Shown: positions 25,837 through 39,678 of the stretch, piece by piece
How the letters are laid out: every line of letters begins with the position of its first letter
Position numbering within the stretch: the stretch's first letter is position 1
Origin: Podarcis gaigeae
Taxonomy: Eukaryota
Length of the DNA: 64,000 nucleotides
NCBI GenBank assembly: GCA_964106915.2
Contig: OZ066919.1
Direction: 5' to 3' (one strand)
Notes under the pieces: model-generated
What the model was told of the DNA's origin: nothing
Databases searched by the model: none
Seen by the model: only the letters and a program-made list of their open reading frames with translations
Made by a program: the position numbers and the translations under genes

Positions 25837-26960
25837 AATTTCAAAATACTACCCAAGCAGCACACTACATGTTAGACAGCAGCTGTATATTACAATGCCT
25901 CTGGAGTGCATGATTTGCACTGAACAAGGGGCAGAAGTGAGAGAGTGCTTAACTCTTCCCCATTCAGTTGCTTTCTCCCTGAAACTCCCAACTGCTTTCA
26001 TCCTTCAGGGATCCAGACACTTGTTTGTGAAAAACAGAACTTCAGCCCTTCAGGGTTAAGGGTGGCTAGATAGGGCTAGGTTTCAAGGGAAGGGTTCTCC
26101 AGTGCAAATCACCTCCTGCTGAGAATGCATTGCAACAGAGGAGGGACAATCTTGGGTCCCATGTATGTGGCTGCAGTGTAACATGTAGTTTGCCCTTTAA
26201 ACACACAAATAAGTCATTTATTAGAGCTGCTCCAGGGACTGCTGCCTACCTAGAGAAAGCTGCCTGCTCTATCTTCTAAGAAAAGGTGGCATCTTTTGCT
26301 GGGTGACGATGATAATTTCCACCTTAGAATGAGGGATGCCAAGTCTTTTGATCATAAAGGATAAGAATGAGTTTCTTTGTAAGTTTTTTGTGAAGTTATG
26401 AAGGAAGACGTGTCTGTCCTGTTACTACAAAGGCCTACTGTTTTCTATTTTGTTTGTTCCCCAATCTGGTTATTTAAGGCTGGAAACAAATGAGACCTTT
26501 ATTTATAGAAATATCTCATTTGTAAGGATCAGTGCCAGCCTCCCCATAGGATAGTAGACTTTGCAAGGTTCAGTGCTAGCTACTAACACCTGCAGTGTGA
26601 CAGATCAGTGCCACCATTAGCTACACACCCAAGTTCCAGGTCTGGAAAAAGTTGTTTAAAGATGGTCCTGCTAAAGCTTTGGGGCACCTCCAGTGTGATG
26701 GATCTGGATAACTATGAGGATATATAAAAATCATTTCAGTGTATTATTGTCATAAGAATGTGATGCATCCAACGGTGATGCATTGAAAGAGCACTGGCAG
26801 CTCTGTGGATCATGACCCTATGTTTATAAGACTCAGTTTACATGTGGCAGTGGGAAAATACCAACTTTTTTAATGGCGCAAATTTGTACTTTCTGGAGGA
26901 ATCTAATCCAGATCAGGATACAAAAAAAGATAATAATGGGCATTGGGCAGCATTAGTAAT

Positions 26961-27035
26961 GTAAAAGGACCCCTGACCGTTAGGTCCAGTCACGGACGAC
27001 TCTGGGGTTGCGGTGCTCATCTTGCTTTACTGGCC
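26961..27035 (-). mobile_element. Sauria SINE 3' fragment
   Basis: gtaaaaggacccctgaccgttaggtccagtc...ggggttgcggtgctcatcttgcttt is the reverse complement of the 3' end of the 4226-4590 copy. Confidence 0.75.
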
Positions 27036-27383
27036 ACGGGCATTAGAAAGGCATTGATAATGGTTCCTAGGTATGAATCTGAAATAGTAAAATACATCAC
27101 CTGCTCCTAGCCACAATTTATTAAGTATTTCTTGCCATGTGAATGCTGCAAGCCTGCAACTTTGTTTTGTACCCATCAAATTGTTGGGTACGTCAGTAAG
27201 ATGCAGTAATTTGATGTAATAATTTGCTGTACACTGCAGTCATAATTGGACCAATAAGTCTTGGGTTCAAATTTCGGCTTAACCATGATGCTCACTGAGT
27301 GATCTTGGGCCAGACATTATTCTTTCTCCTAACCTATCTCACATGGTTGTTGTGCTGATAGAAAAATGGGGTAATTCCTACTT

Positions 27384-27569
27384 AGGAACACAGGAAGCTG
27401 CCTTATATTGAGCTAGATCCTTGGTCCACCAAGTACTGGATACTGTAACTGAGAGCAAGCTCCAGGGTTTTAGGCAGGGATCTCTCCTGGCTCTCCTTGG
27501 AAATGCTGAGGATTGAACCAAGGAGCTTCTGCATGAAAAGCAGATGCTCCACCACTGAGCACTGTCCCT
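27384..27569 (-). mobile_element. tRNA-head SINE (same family), inserted in an older MIR/CORE-like SINE (~27240-27620)
   Basis: aggaacacaggaagctgccttatattgag...gaggattgaacc...cttctgcatgaaaagcagatgctccaccactgagc; pol III A/B boxes on the minus strand. Confidence 0.6.
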
Positions 27570-30500
27570 TTAACTTACCTGAGTTTTTTGGGAAAAGACA
27601 AAATAAAACTGTAATAAATTTATGTGTAAGTCTTGTAAATTGAACTATGATTGATGTAGGTTAGTATGATTGTTGTGGTATGCCCTCCCCCTTTTAACAC
27701 AAACTTTTATTTACAAATGTAAATACAGGCAATGAAAAGGAAGGGCACAGCTTAATTAAATCACTAATATGTGGGGAAAGGAGTCATTAGTATTTCATGG
27801 GTAGACTTGTGGGACAACTATGGTAAGCAAACCCTTCTTATTTTTATATCTCCACTTTGTTGAGGCTGGAAAAACTTTAACTGTTACAAGTGCATTTGGA
27901 GCTGGATTAAGTCAATACGATGTAACTTCTTTGAAATATCACATATAAGACATGATGCAACAGTGTTTCTTTTCAGCTGTGCAACTTGCATTGGCCACAT
28001 CCTTATTTTATTCAATAACTACTTTGTCACAGCAGTCCGTGTCGCTTTGACTATTGGTGTTGTTATTATTTTCAGTAGTGGTACCCCATTGTCCGCAATT
28101 TCTACAGAATTTCTGCAGCAGCATAACTGCTTATTAGCTTGAGAGGAAGTGGTCACATTAGTCCAGCTCTGTGCTCTTTCCATTGGCTTCCTAAAGAGTG
28201 GCAGATTGAATTTAGAATGACATAGGTCCTAATAAAGGCAATGAATGATTTGAGCACTGGCCATATTTGAAATTTGCTTTTAAGCCTCTCCTACAGAAAA
28301 TGTGTGCCACCCAATGTTAAGAGATATTCACTGTCTCATCTGAAGCCAACCTTTGTGTTCGTATCACCCACCAATGAAGCTCTATTTTTTCTGATATTTA
28401 ACTTTGTCACCTTTCAATCTCCCAGCAGTCTTTTAAAATGTAATTAATATTTAAGGTTTTTTTTTAAATTATAATCTGCCTTGTTAGGGCTATAAACACA
28501 TGGGTTATATGTAAAATTATGTTGCCGTTATTATTTTTTGTAATATTACTTCCCATAAGTAACGTTCACTATGTGCGCACAATGAAGAAAAATACGTTGA
28601 TGATTATTTCCTAATGGCTGCACTTACCAACATGTGTGCTGCTAGGACCCAGCCTGAAACACAAAAACCTACAAAACCAGTTTGATTAGAGATTATACCT
28701 GGAGAGAGAGAGATCAGTATTTATATGATGGGTAATGAGCAACACTGAGGCTTCAGCTTTTCTGTTACAAAAAAAGAAATTTACAAGCCTGCTTTTTTGT
28801 TTAAGGCTTCAGAGGATTTTTATATATTAGCATGCTATTGTGCAGGGAAGTCATAGTACATAGCTGTTTTATATTCTTTATATGGAGAAGGCCAATAAAA
28901 TGGTAGCATCATTGCAAAGGGGCTAGCTAAATATTTAGAACTCTTGTCTCCTTTTGGTCCGAAGATCTAGCAGATAACATCCATAATTTGAGTGCTGTAG
29001 TGAGGGGTTCCTCAGCCTTTAAAAAATAAAATATTTAAATGAAATAAGGAGTTTAAAGTGTACAAAATAGTGAAGTGTGCCACTTATAATTGGTGATGTC
29101 ATGAGAACTTTCAAATGGATGTTCTAATAGGGTTTTTTTTATTAAAGATTGTTGTGACACATTTTATTGTAGATGGAAATAGAAGTACCATCTTGAGTAA
29201 AAATAACTATCTGCCTGTTTAGTTTTTCAGTATGTACATATATCTGGAAAAGCTCTTAGTTTCTACTTTCTGCTAACAAGCATACATCAGCAAATCAAGA
29301 ACTGAATGCATTATTTACTGCACTTTTGCAGTGTTAAAGTAATGAAACTAGAATATTTCTCACTAGTAAACTCACAACGCATACTATTTTCATGTAGCTG
29401 TCTTCTATCACCAGATCTTTTGATCTATCCAGACCAACGCTTTCTACTCTGGTAGTGTCACTCCAAGATATTGGGCAGAGATCTTTTAACAAGTGATGCC
29501 AGGGATTAAACTGGAACCTTCTGCACATGAACCATGTGTTTTACTCCCAAGCTATGGGTTTTTCAGCTTAAAACACATTTAAACTGGTCAGCTGATTTCC
29601 ATCAAATTTGACTTTGAATTAAGGGAGCTGTCCTAAGCTCCCATGTAGAACAGCTGAGGGGCCATTTGATGCTGTGGTCCTCCCTTATCAACAAAAGAGA
29701 ACTGCTTATGCTGCTATATCTAAAACTGTTGTTTAAGCAGTCCTTGTGCAAAATTATGCTATCAAATCTATAAAGCAACATGAATTAAGGGACAAGCAAG
29801 TGCCTTGCAAGCAGGTCCCTGTAGCTATTGCACGTTATAGGCTGCATCTCACATTGTAGAATTTGGACCTAAGTCAATTGATTATAATGAGTCTATTCTG
29901 GGTATGAGTTAGTCACAAACCATGCACAGAATTTAGAATTAGCCTCCATAGAATGGCCACTCTACTGGGTGATAAACCCAGAGACCCTCTCAGATTAAAA
30001 CAGTTTTAAAATGTTAATAAATAATAGAATTATAGACCATCAAAAGTAGAATTTTGGAGCACTGATAATGTTCAGTATGACTGTAAAGCTGTTGTTTTTC
30101 AATTGCTTTCTCTCTTCTCCCGTTCTCTGTCTTAAAATCAGATAATCACCATCATTTGAATGTACAGTTATGTTTAATCTATTTAGCAGCTTTGCTGAAC
30201 TAGTGCAATAACCCTCCACAACCTCCATATGTTTTAGACTACAACTCCCATCAGGCATTGCGAATTGTAGTCTAAAACACCTGGAGGATATCAGGTTGGC
30301 AAAGGATGCTTTACAACTTTGTGCGGTGATATCTTTATGTGGCATCCTCTCTCAGCTTATTCTCCGCTATAAATGCACAACGTTAAACTGATTCTAAAAA
30401 ATACAAAGCAAATATGGTTTTAAACTAATATAGGTTTATCCCCAGCAGAAACTTGTGTTGCTTAATCTGTAAATTTATCTGTAATGCAAGATAATTTCTG

Positions 30501-31919
30501 TCTAGACAGGCCCTACAGACATGTTCTGAAACTCTAGCCCTACAAGAGACTTATTTTCATTCGAACAGAATCATGTGCAACAGTTTGTTTCATTAGGCAA
30601 AGTGGCACATGGTGTTGGTAGAATTGTGGGGGCAGCAATTGGCCAGTGTCTTCAAAACGTTGGCTAAATAGGGACTGCTCTTTGGTTTTTATAAAATTAG
30701 AAATTTCAGTTTGCATGCCATAGCTATGCTGTGCATACACAATGCATGTCCCCTCTGATTTTCAGAGCTCTGAAATCCCTCAAAGGTTCTCAGCAATAAC
30801 CTTCAGCAGCAGCTTGGTGAAAATCCTTCTTTATATGCCTTAGCTTTCCCCAAGCCCCATGATGCAAGGCTTCATTTCCTTGTAACAGTTAGCATAGCTC
30901 CATCAGAAGCAGTAGGGGTAGCAGGATGAGTCAGTGGAGCTACAGGAGCTAAAAGTGCAGCCTAGAGAGCCCAAGAAAGAGTGGTGAGAGAAAACAGTCT
31001 GGTCCAAGCTATGCTGTAAGAAAGGCTGGAAAGAGGTTAAGTGTGGCAGGGGATAGAGGACATTGGTGGGGCCAGTGGCTACTAGAAAGAAGGACCCAAG
31101 CCTTCGGGGTCACATTCCCTTGTAGGCAACAGGGACCACAAGCAAAAGTGCATGGAGGAAAGGATAAAGGGGCTTGAGTTTGGAGTGATCTTGACGCTGG
31201 AGTTGTTGCAGTTCTGGTTGAAGTACCCAGGGCCAGAATCAATTATGTGTTGTGGGATCAGTTGTAGCTTAGTCTGCTAATGACGACGAAGTGCTGGCAG
31301 CAATATATCTGACCACATGGCCTCTTGACTCATGTCCCTCATGGCTTTTAAAATCTAGCACAAGGGGTCTGATTGGTTGGGTCCAGAGCATGCTACATTG
31401 TGTGAGGGGGGTATTCCCTCTGCCTTGAAAGGGGCAGTGGCGCAGTCACTCTGCAAGAAACCAGCTCTGGATCCTTTAGACTGGAACAACTATCAACCAG
31501 TTACAAATACCCCTTTTTGGGGGGAAGGTGATGAAAAAAGTTGTGGTTTCCTCTTGTGCTTGATCTAAAAGCTGCAGTTAGTGCAGAATACCCTAAAATG
31601 ATGGCTGACAGGAGTGAGACTTTATCAGCATATAATACTTCTGCTCAGAGACCTGCACTGGTTCCTGATACGCTACCAGGTGAAGTTCAGAGTGTTGCTA
31701 TTAGTATATAATGCCTTGAACATCTTGGGACCAGTTTATTTGTTGGATCATCTTGCCTGATTTGTGCCCACTTGACCACTTAGATTTGTGGAACTGGCAT
31801 GGTTACATATGCTGCATAATACTTGTTCTGCATCTGTAAGAAATCAGTGCTTTAGCGTGGCAGCACCTCCACCTTGGACCTCTCTGCCGATTTGACTTCA
31901 GGCAGGCACCTTCACTGTA

Positions 31920-32170
31920 CAGTGGTACCTCTGGTTGCGAACGGGATCCGTTCTGGAGCCCCATTTGCAACCCGAAAGGAACGCAACCCGCTTCTGCGCA
32001 CATGCGGGTTGCGATTCGCCACTTCTGCACATGCGCATGATGTCATTTTGCACGTCTACGCATGCACGGGTGGTGAAACCCGGAAGTAACCCTTTCCAGT
32101 ACTTCTGGGTCACCGCAGGACGGAACCTGAAAAACGTATCATGAAGCAAACGTAAAAAGAGGTATGACTG
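31920..32170. mobile_element. Tc1/mariner-type MITE, related family B, inserted in an L2-like LINE 3' end (~31250-32410)
   Basis: TA TSD; ends cagtggtacctct / agaggtatgactg; the host reads through as caggcaccttcactg-TA-ttcttttcagc...aaaacatttttgtttaggcaagcc with an A-rich tail at ~32397-32410. Confidence 0.8.
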
Positions 32171-33907
32171 TATTCTTTTCAGCCCCTGCTGAAAACATTT
32201 TTGTTTAGGCAAGCCTATCCAGACATGCAGAATGTTAACAAGTGTTTTAATCTGGTATTTAGCTTATTGTTTATTTTTATTCTCTGAATGTTTTGAATAG
32301 TTTTAAACTGTTTTGAACTGATAATTTTATTGTTTTGTTCTTCTTGTAAACTGATTTGAGCGCTTATTACATTCAAATGATATAAAAATCTTGTGAAATA
32401 AATGAATAAAATTTAACTTCCCATACAAGAACTATCACTTTGCTCTATAGTGTCCTTCTTACAGTTTATAACAGTTTTAATTCTATTTTTTAATTGCTGA
32501 AGTAAAAGAAGTTAACAAGAAGAATACACATTTTTGCTCTTTGGATGGTGGTGAGCTGACACAATTTGTACCATACCTTAAAGTATATTAGCAACAATCA
32601 AAACTTTAGACTAACATTTTGGATAGTGAGTTTAATTTTTTAACAATGCTTGCTTGATCAATTCAGTAGAGGATGGCAACATTTTGATCCCAGTGGGCAG
32701 AAGATATAAAATATGAGCAGCTCAGGTTGGTGTGATGTATGTGCAAACTTTGGAATGTTATTGCACTCTTAACCTAGGAAATGGAAGGAAAGTTTCAGGA
32801 ATATATAGTGATCAATGCATATTGCCAGTTGTGCAAATAGCCAATTATCAACAATGTAACTTTTCATCCATGTAATTCAAGATTCTGCCACCACTCTAAT
32901 AATTTTACATAAGCCTAATTACTCCAGTGCACTTTTACCTATTTTTGATCTTCCAATTTGATTAGAGCTAACCATATTAAAAAAAATATCTCTAAACATT
33001 TGAGCTTCAATAACAATTTCTTTCAAGATGAAAAAGGTATCCTGAATTTGAAAGTATAAAGGTGAACATTATATTACAATGCCTTTAGTCCCAAAACTTG
33101 CCAAAGTTACTAGGGCAACCACATCTCCCAGCCTGCCAATCTACTCCTCCCCCACACCTACTCTTCAGCCATTCATGAATCCCCCTGTGCCATTTCCTTT
33201 GAGTTGCTCCAGTAGTGCACCATCACTTATGCACACCATCCTCATATTGTGGCTTAGTCACCAATGCTTTTTTTCTAACCTGGATATGGTCAGGCTGGAA
33301 GAAGATGCAAAGCACACTCCTGTCATCCATTCTTGACAAAAAATACTGTTGAAACAATTGCCGTCACAGGAATCAGCATTAACAGAAACAACAACAGTAG
33401 CAGGAACAAACAGCTAGTGCATGTCCAAATGTCCTCATGCTCCACTTCCAAGAATCAGACGAATACCCCACCCTGCATGTCCAATGGGACAAGCTCTGGA
33501 CTGCAGTTGGTACTCTTTGTTGATAAACAAGACCTGCTTACTTTCAGTAACACATAGCAATTTAAAATAATAATAATAAACAGATCTAGAACAATTTTAC
33601 ACTTTAAATATTGAAGGCAGGATACATATGAGATATGAGAACATAGAAATTGTCTCCTAAATCAGATCTAATGGTCCATCAGGTTCAGCATCTTGTTTCC
33701 ACAATGGCCAATTAGATGCTTCTGGGAAGCCCCCAACACTTTGTGGCCAGTCGCAATGGGCCAATTTTATTTTATTTTTTGCACCTTTGGGATTCTGCCC
33801 CCACCCCACAAGTTTGTTGTTCTGCACACAGTTTTTCCTGTATCTGTTGCTAACTCATTGTTCATAGATGGTGCCTACATAAGGATCCACACTTGTAGAG
33901 TATATAG

Positions 33908-34204
33908 CAGGGGTTGGCAACCTAAGGCCCATGGGCCACAAGCGGCCCACGGGGGATGTTTAACCAACCCACGAGCCGCCCCCGAACTGAGCCGCCCGCT
34001 CAGCGAGTCCCCCGCACTGCGCTAAACCAGTGCAGTGCAATGCAGCGCAGGGGCTTGCTTCCACAGTGCCAGAAATCACGCCTGCACAGACGCAGATGCC
34101 AGAAATCGCAGGCATGCACACTCAGGCGCACACGCAATCCGGCCCATGAAGGGATCTCCACTGGAGTGAACCGGCCCAGGCGAGGTAAACCTTGCCGACC
34201 CCTG
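33908..34204. mobile_element. hAT-like MITE
   Basis: TIRs caggggttggcaa / ttgccgacccctg; perfect 8-bp TSD gtatatag (33900-33907, 34205-34212). Confidence 0.85.
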
Positions 34205-36285
34205 GTATATAGAATAAATATGTTCAAGTTTTTATAACTAGGATTCAGCAGAACTCAATATTGAGTTCGTGGACTACGATATAGGACATTATGCTTGATT
34301 GCTAAATCAACTTTCATCATGACAAAATATTGAATAGTTTCCATTTCAGTGTCTGTTACATTAAAAATCAAAATTATTAAATGGGGGGGAAAGCAATGAA
34401 ACATTCAAAATTCCTTTTCTCTGCCCAACAGACTGCACTTCTACATTGTTCCTTCATAATGTCAACATAGGTGCAGACAATGCCTTCATTGCTATATCTA
34501 ATAAGAACCTATCAGACGCCAATTCAATCTATTTGTTCATGTAGCACAGTATTGACCACTAGAGGACAGCATGGTGGGGTAGTGGTGCTTACCTGACATC
34601 CTTGCACCTGCATCGCTGCTGCTTACTGGGTGGGATCAGCGCATGGCAGGGGGGGAAATGGTGTTCCTGCCAGTTTGTTCACCACAATGCAGTTTCCTAT
34701 TGCCTCACCCCTCTCCTTCTCGGCAAGCAGCAGCGACTCAGCAGCCAGAAGTTTGGGTGAGTGCCACTGCCTCACCACGCCATCCAATCCAGTATTGGTA
34801 TTGTCTCCCCTGCTGGCAAAATCTTAGAGCTGAGTAGGGCTAAAAGATCCAAGATCTAAGAGGAGGATCTAAGAATAATTTGCAAATGATCAGTGTTGTG
34901 TTTTACAATGCCACTGAAACAAGTTAGCCAACTAAACAGTATTTTCTGCATTGAGGTTTTCTCTCTACTCCAAAGCAAGAAAACCTCTGTTTCTCTCTAT
35001 TTCCCAGGTGTCATCTATTCCAAACTCCTAATGCAGGGGTCTTCCTGATGTTGTAGGACTCTAACTTATACCAGGTCCAACTAGCATGGTCAATGGCCAA
35101 CGTTATCTGAAAGGCCACAGGTTCCTAAGCTCTGTCCTAATGCAAGGCACAGCTACTCCATCCACTCGTATGCTAGTCACAATCAAAACAGGATCACATG
35201 TCACAAGCATAGAACAAGTTTTCTGCAGAAGGCCGCTTGCAAAGCAAATTTCTGTGAACAAACCAAACCTCAGATTGCAGGGGCAGACACAGAAGAAAAA
35301 GAAAAGACAAGATTTAACTTTGAACAAAATTTATTCTCATAGAGTTGCCTGATTTTGCTGCAGAATTCTCACTGCTGGAGAGGAACAAGCTGCCATGCAA
35401 TTTAAGAAAGCATTATATTTGCATTCTCTCCTAGATATGCATGCCTCAAGCCTTAAATATGCTGATCTGTGAGACCGTACACACAAACAAGACTTCTCCA
35501 CAAAGGGAGAAACCTTTCTGATTTAAACAGGCCAAAATAGCATCACAGAAACTGAGCATAAGGCACACTGCAAGCAGTAGTTTTAAAATAATTTCAGTGA
35601 AAAAATTGTTTTACACTAGCAGATGGTTGAGATCCTTTAGTCTGTTTTTTTCAGGTACTGTAGATACTGGACATTTTGCAACTACTTTTCAAGTTGAATG
35701 GTGTAATGAATGAATGAAATGACCAAAGGATTTTGGATAGAGAGAAGTTATTCCAAGGACTGCACGATAGTGTCCCCATTGGTTTCACTGGTGCTTCTTC
35801 CCAAACACTTGCGCTTAAAATTTAAGCATTCAGACACAGTTTCCTCAAACACACACCATGTGAATTAATGGAAGCAAGTCCATTAATTGCAAGGAAACTT
35901 ATTTCCAAGTAATGGGTAAAACTGATCGCTTACTTCCACCGGATGGGATCCTGAGTCTAAGCTCTAGGGTCTATGGAGCTTTCTTGTGCAAGAGAGGATT
36001 TCTGACCCCTTAAGTGGCAAGCCTACGCCTCCTTACCTGGGAGCAATTCCCAGCGAACCTAAAGGGGGCCACTTCCGAGTAAATGCACCTAGGATGGAAC
36101 AGTGCACGCACTATTCAGCTAAGGGAACCGGTGGCAGAATATTACATTTCGGGAAAGACCCGTCCTGCGCCGTGCAGCAAATCTGCAGTCGCCCAGTTAC
36201 ATCCCCCCCCCCCCGCGTGCCTCCTGCTCTTCCCCACCCCCTTCCATTCATCGCGGCGTCCGCCTGCAGAAAGGGCTCGCACTGC

Positions 36286-36287
<2 letters not shown>

Positions 36288-36329
<42 letters not shown>
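36288..36329. repeat. (AG)n microsatellite in the upstream CpG block
   Basis: Direct reading. Confidence 0.95.
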
Positions 36330-36332
<3 letters not shown>

Positions 36333-36930
36333 TCCCCTCCTTTTCTCCTTCCTTCCTGCTGCCGCTGCGGTGTTTGGAAGGAGGCCTAGTCTGCTGGCAG
36401 CGCTTTCCCGGCCGGAGCGCGCGCTGAAAGGAATTCCTGAGGCCGCGATTGGTCCAGCGCTGGCCTCCGTGAGAACGGACCTCCTCCCCGTGTGTGTGGC
36501 TCCTATGCAAATTGCAGCGATTGCGGAAATCAGCGGGCTGGGAAGCGGGGGAGGGGAAGTCTGTCGAATCGATTGCAACTTCTGCAAAGTCTAACACAAT
36601 CCAACGCACACAAGGCAAAGCCAGGGAGAGAGAGAGAGAATCTGAGAACCCAGCCAACCCGGCTTGGATCGCTTTCAAAAACAGAGAGGCTAGAGAGTCC
36701 ATCACAAATCGTTTTGATTCGGAAGGTGTCATTTATTTATTTATATTTTAAAAAGCTTACCCAGCAGCTTGGTAATTAACTACCTTTTAAAAAAAATTAT
36801 TTATGATTTTCAGTTGCTACAAGTTTAGTTTATTTATTTTTTATGGAAAAGAGCAACGTGTGAGAACTAATGATGAAGCCCATTGACTCGACCTTTTAAA
36901 GTTTCTCACGTACTCTTTATTTACATTGCA

Positions 36931-36933
36931 ATG
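36931..36933 (+). CDS. NFIA: Candidate coding part (ATG only) of an alternative upstream NFIA first exon, giving M-DEFHPF...
   Basis: ttacattgcaATG|GTACGT: ATG directly followed by a good 5' splice site, G at -3, phase 0 compatible with exon 2, downstream of the CpG-rich block at 36.1-36.7 kb. MDEFH-starting NFI isoforms are known. Confidence 0.6.
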
Positions 36934-38306
36934 GTACGTGGACGCGTCTTCTTCAGCCTTTTATTTCCATGCTTTCAAAAACGGAAAAGAGAATGTGGTT
37001 GACGTGAGGTTTTAATGGCTATTGTATTGCAGATGTTTGCTTTGTAACCTGTTTTAATTGCTGCAAAGTAAGGTTTAACGGACTGCGTTTGCCCGTGTGC
37101 GCACTAGATACCAGATAAGAGGCAGAGTGGGTGGGTTTTGCTGCGTGCACTAGACTTTTCTCTCCCCCCCCCGCCCCCCAGCGATCTGAGAAAACCGCTG
37201 AGCTTGCTCGGTGTAAACCCCCCCCCCCCCAAATGTACGTGCTCAGCTCTGTAAAAAGACGTCTGGGATCGGCAGCCAGCCCAACACAAAAGGAAGCGTC
37301 TAGACTAGGGATGTAATTGACAAGCCCATTCTCTAATCAATGTAGCAAATGTCTATGATGGACTAGAGCGCCATCCAATAAGAGAACAGACTGGATGTTG
37401 TAATGTTCGAAATATCCAAAGTGGAAGGAGGTGGAAAAGAGCGAGTGGCGTTCGTCCCTCCCTCTTCTCTAAAGTTCTCTCTGCTCGGCGCACCGAGGGA
37501 TAGTTGGTAGCTGCCAAACCAGCGCAGAGCTATATAATACATTTGGATTTTGCTGAGAGATCTGTAATAACAAAACCAAGTTTTCTCTCAGTGAAAGTGC
37601 ATGGCGCGATCAGTTCTGCTTAACGTTGCATTCACCTTTGTGCTCTGTGATTGAAACTCTTGAGCGTTTCTGCAGCAACCTTGTCCCAAATATATACTCT
37701 GCTGTCGATATTTCTTATGCAGGGGAGGAGATGACACCAGTGAGCCCCCCCTTTTCTGACTGCACTGTTGTTTTTGTTTGTTTGCTATTTTATTCTGGTG
37801 TGTTCCGATCATCGCCTGGTTCGAACCACTGTTACTCGTGATTGGGGGCATCCTAAGATATGAAAGTGCTTTGGAGGAATCGAGGGTGTCCCCCCCCCTT
37901 AACATGATTACAGGTCCCACTGATTGCACGGGGATTTACTCCCAAGTAGGCATGATTAGGGCGGAAGACTTCAAAGTGCTTTGGAGGACCCTGCCCTGTT
38001 GAATTCTTCGTGATCTCTGTTGCAAACTATGCTTCTATGCTTGACCGTTGGATGAGTCCCTCGAACGTGTGTATACACTGCGTATTGGGTAGGCACGTCT
38101 GGAGTTTGTGACCCCCCCCCCTCTTCATTTACTGGGACCAGTCAAAGATAAACACTTTGAACTCTCGTTGTTGATCTGAGCTGCAGTTTTAGGCACTCAC
38201 TTGACTACCGTTTAAATCAGTGGGACTGAGAAGTGCTGAACTCTGAATCTCACCCAGCGAGTGAAATTTGCTTATGTGAGGAGGGATTGTGAGAATTGTA
38301 AGATCC

Positions 38307-38363
<57 letters not shown>
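38307..38363. repeat. Compound (GT)n(GA)n microsatellite
   Basis: Direct reading. Confidence 0.95.
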
Positions 38364-38365
<2 letters not shown>

Positions 38366-39647
38366 TAAACGCGCGCACGGGTAGGTAGGTGGCATGATAT
38401 ATATTCCCTCTCTTCTCTTCCTCCTTCCTGCACTGAACTCCAGAGAATTGGGAGAGTTAGAACTTGCTGGTTGGGAGCCAGGCTGGCTGTCTTTCTCTGG
38501 ACCGGAGCTCTCAGTAGAAACCAAGTCCAACATAACCAACCACACACTTGTGCTCGAAATAGCCTCTGGCAGCCCTTTCCGGTGTAAAACCCTCGCCTGC
38601 AGCCATGCAGGAGGTCCTTGAGTCCTCGAGCTGGCCAAGGCCAGGGCTTTCCGAAACGCTTCGGAACTTCATCGCAGACTCCTTAAGCCCGCTCTTCTAA
38701 AGCGGAAGTTTGGACGTCTTCTTCGTGCCGGGCAATGGACGCCAACCGGGCCCCCAGTTTCTCAGCGGCCAGGGCGCTCGAGTAGGCAGATCTCGCTTTA
38801 AGAGCCAAGGCAGTGAAATCCCCACTAGAAAAGTAGTAGCTGCGAGGAAACTACCCCGCTCTGACTTTTTTCCGGGGGGGGGGGAGACTACCCCCAATTG
38901 CTTTAAAGTAAAGAAAACTGCAATTGGGGGAGGGGAATGGCATGGAAAGTATCGACTAGTCGTGACTTCACTTGTCATTTGCCGGTGGTCGAGCGACTCT
39001 GCTCCGGAGCAAGCTCCCGCTTTCGACCAGCGGAACTAACCCCGAGGAAGTGGTTTAAAGATCTCTCTTGCCTAAAAAGTTTTTAAATCATATTAATGCG
39101 ATTTCCCGTTAAGTCTCTCCTTGATATATATTCAAGATGGTCCGTATAAGTGAACCCTCCGCGACGTAATTTATATATCTAAGAGGATTTCACCGAGGCT
39201 GGCGAGGTAAAAGTTTCTGCAAATAAAACATGGCAAATGCAATGCCGGGCAGCGTGCCAGGTAGAATATGGATAGGAGGAGGGCTCACGGCAGAAAGTCT
39301 CTTCACAGAGAGACATATACCATTTCACGGTAGCGGCAGCAGCAGCAGCCTATAGCACTTTTCGAAGTTCCCCTTTTAAAGAGACAATGTTGGCTTCAGC
39401 CAGATCTTCGTCTGCAATGTTTTTAATGAAGCGGGATCCTCTAAGTGTATTTGACCGCCTCTCTCCCTCTCCCCCGCCTCTTGTTATATCTCTTTTTATG
39501 CCCTCGGGACGACGGACTTCCCCTCCTCCCCTCTGTGGGGGAATCTTCTTGAGGAAACCTTTTCGGGGGCTTGAAGCGAGGTTTGCGCCTCTTTTGAGGA
39601 GGGAAGCTCAAAGTTTATATTATGTTTGTGCCTTGCCCAGCTACACA

Positions 39648-39678
<31 letters not shown>

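Noticed and set aside
35986-36732. Overlapping 114-202 aa ORFs on both strands
   Set aside because: Products of GC-rich sequence and the (GA)n repeat (ERERE/SLSLS); no recognisable domain.
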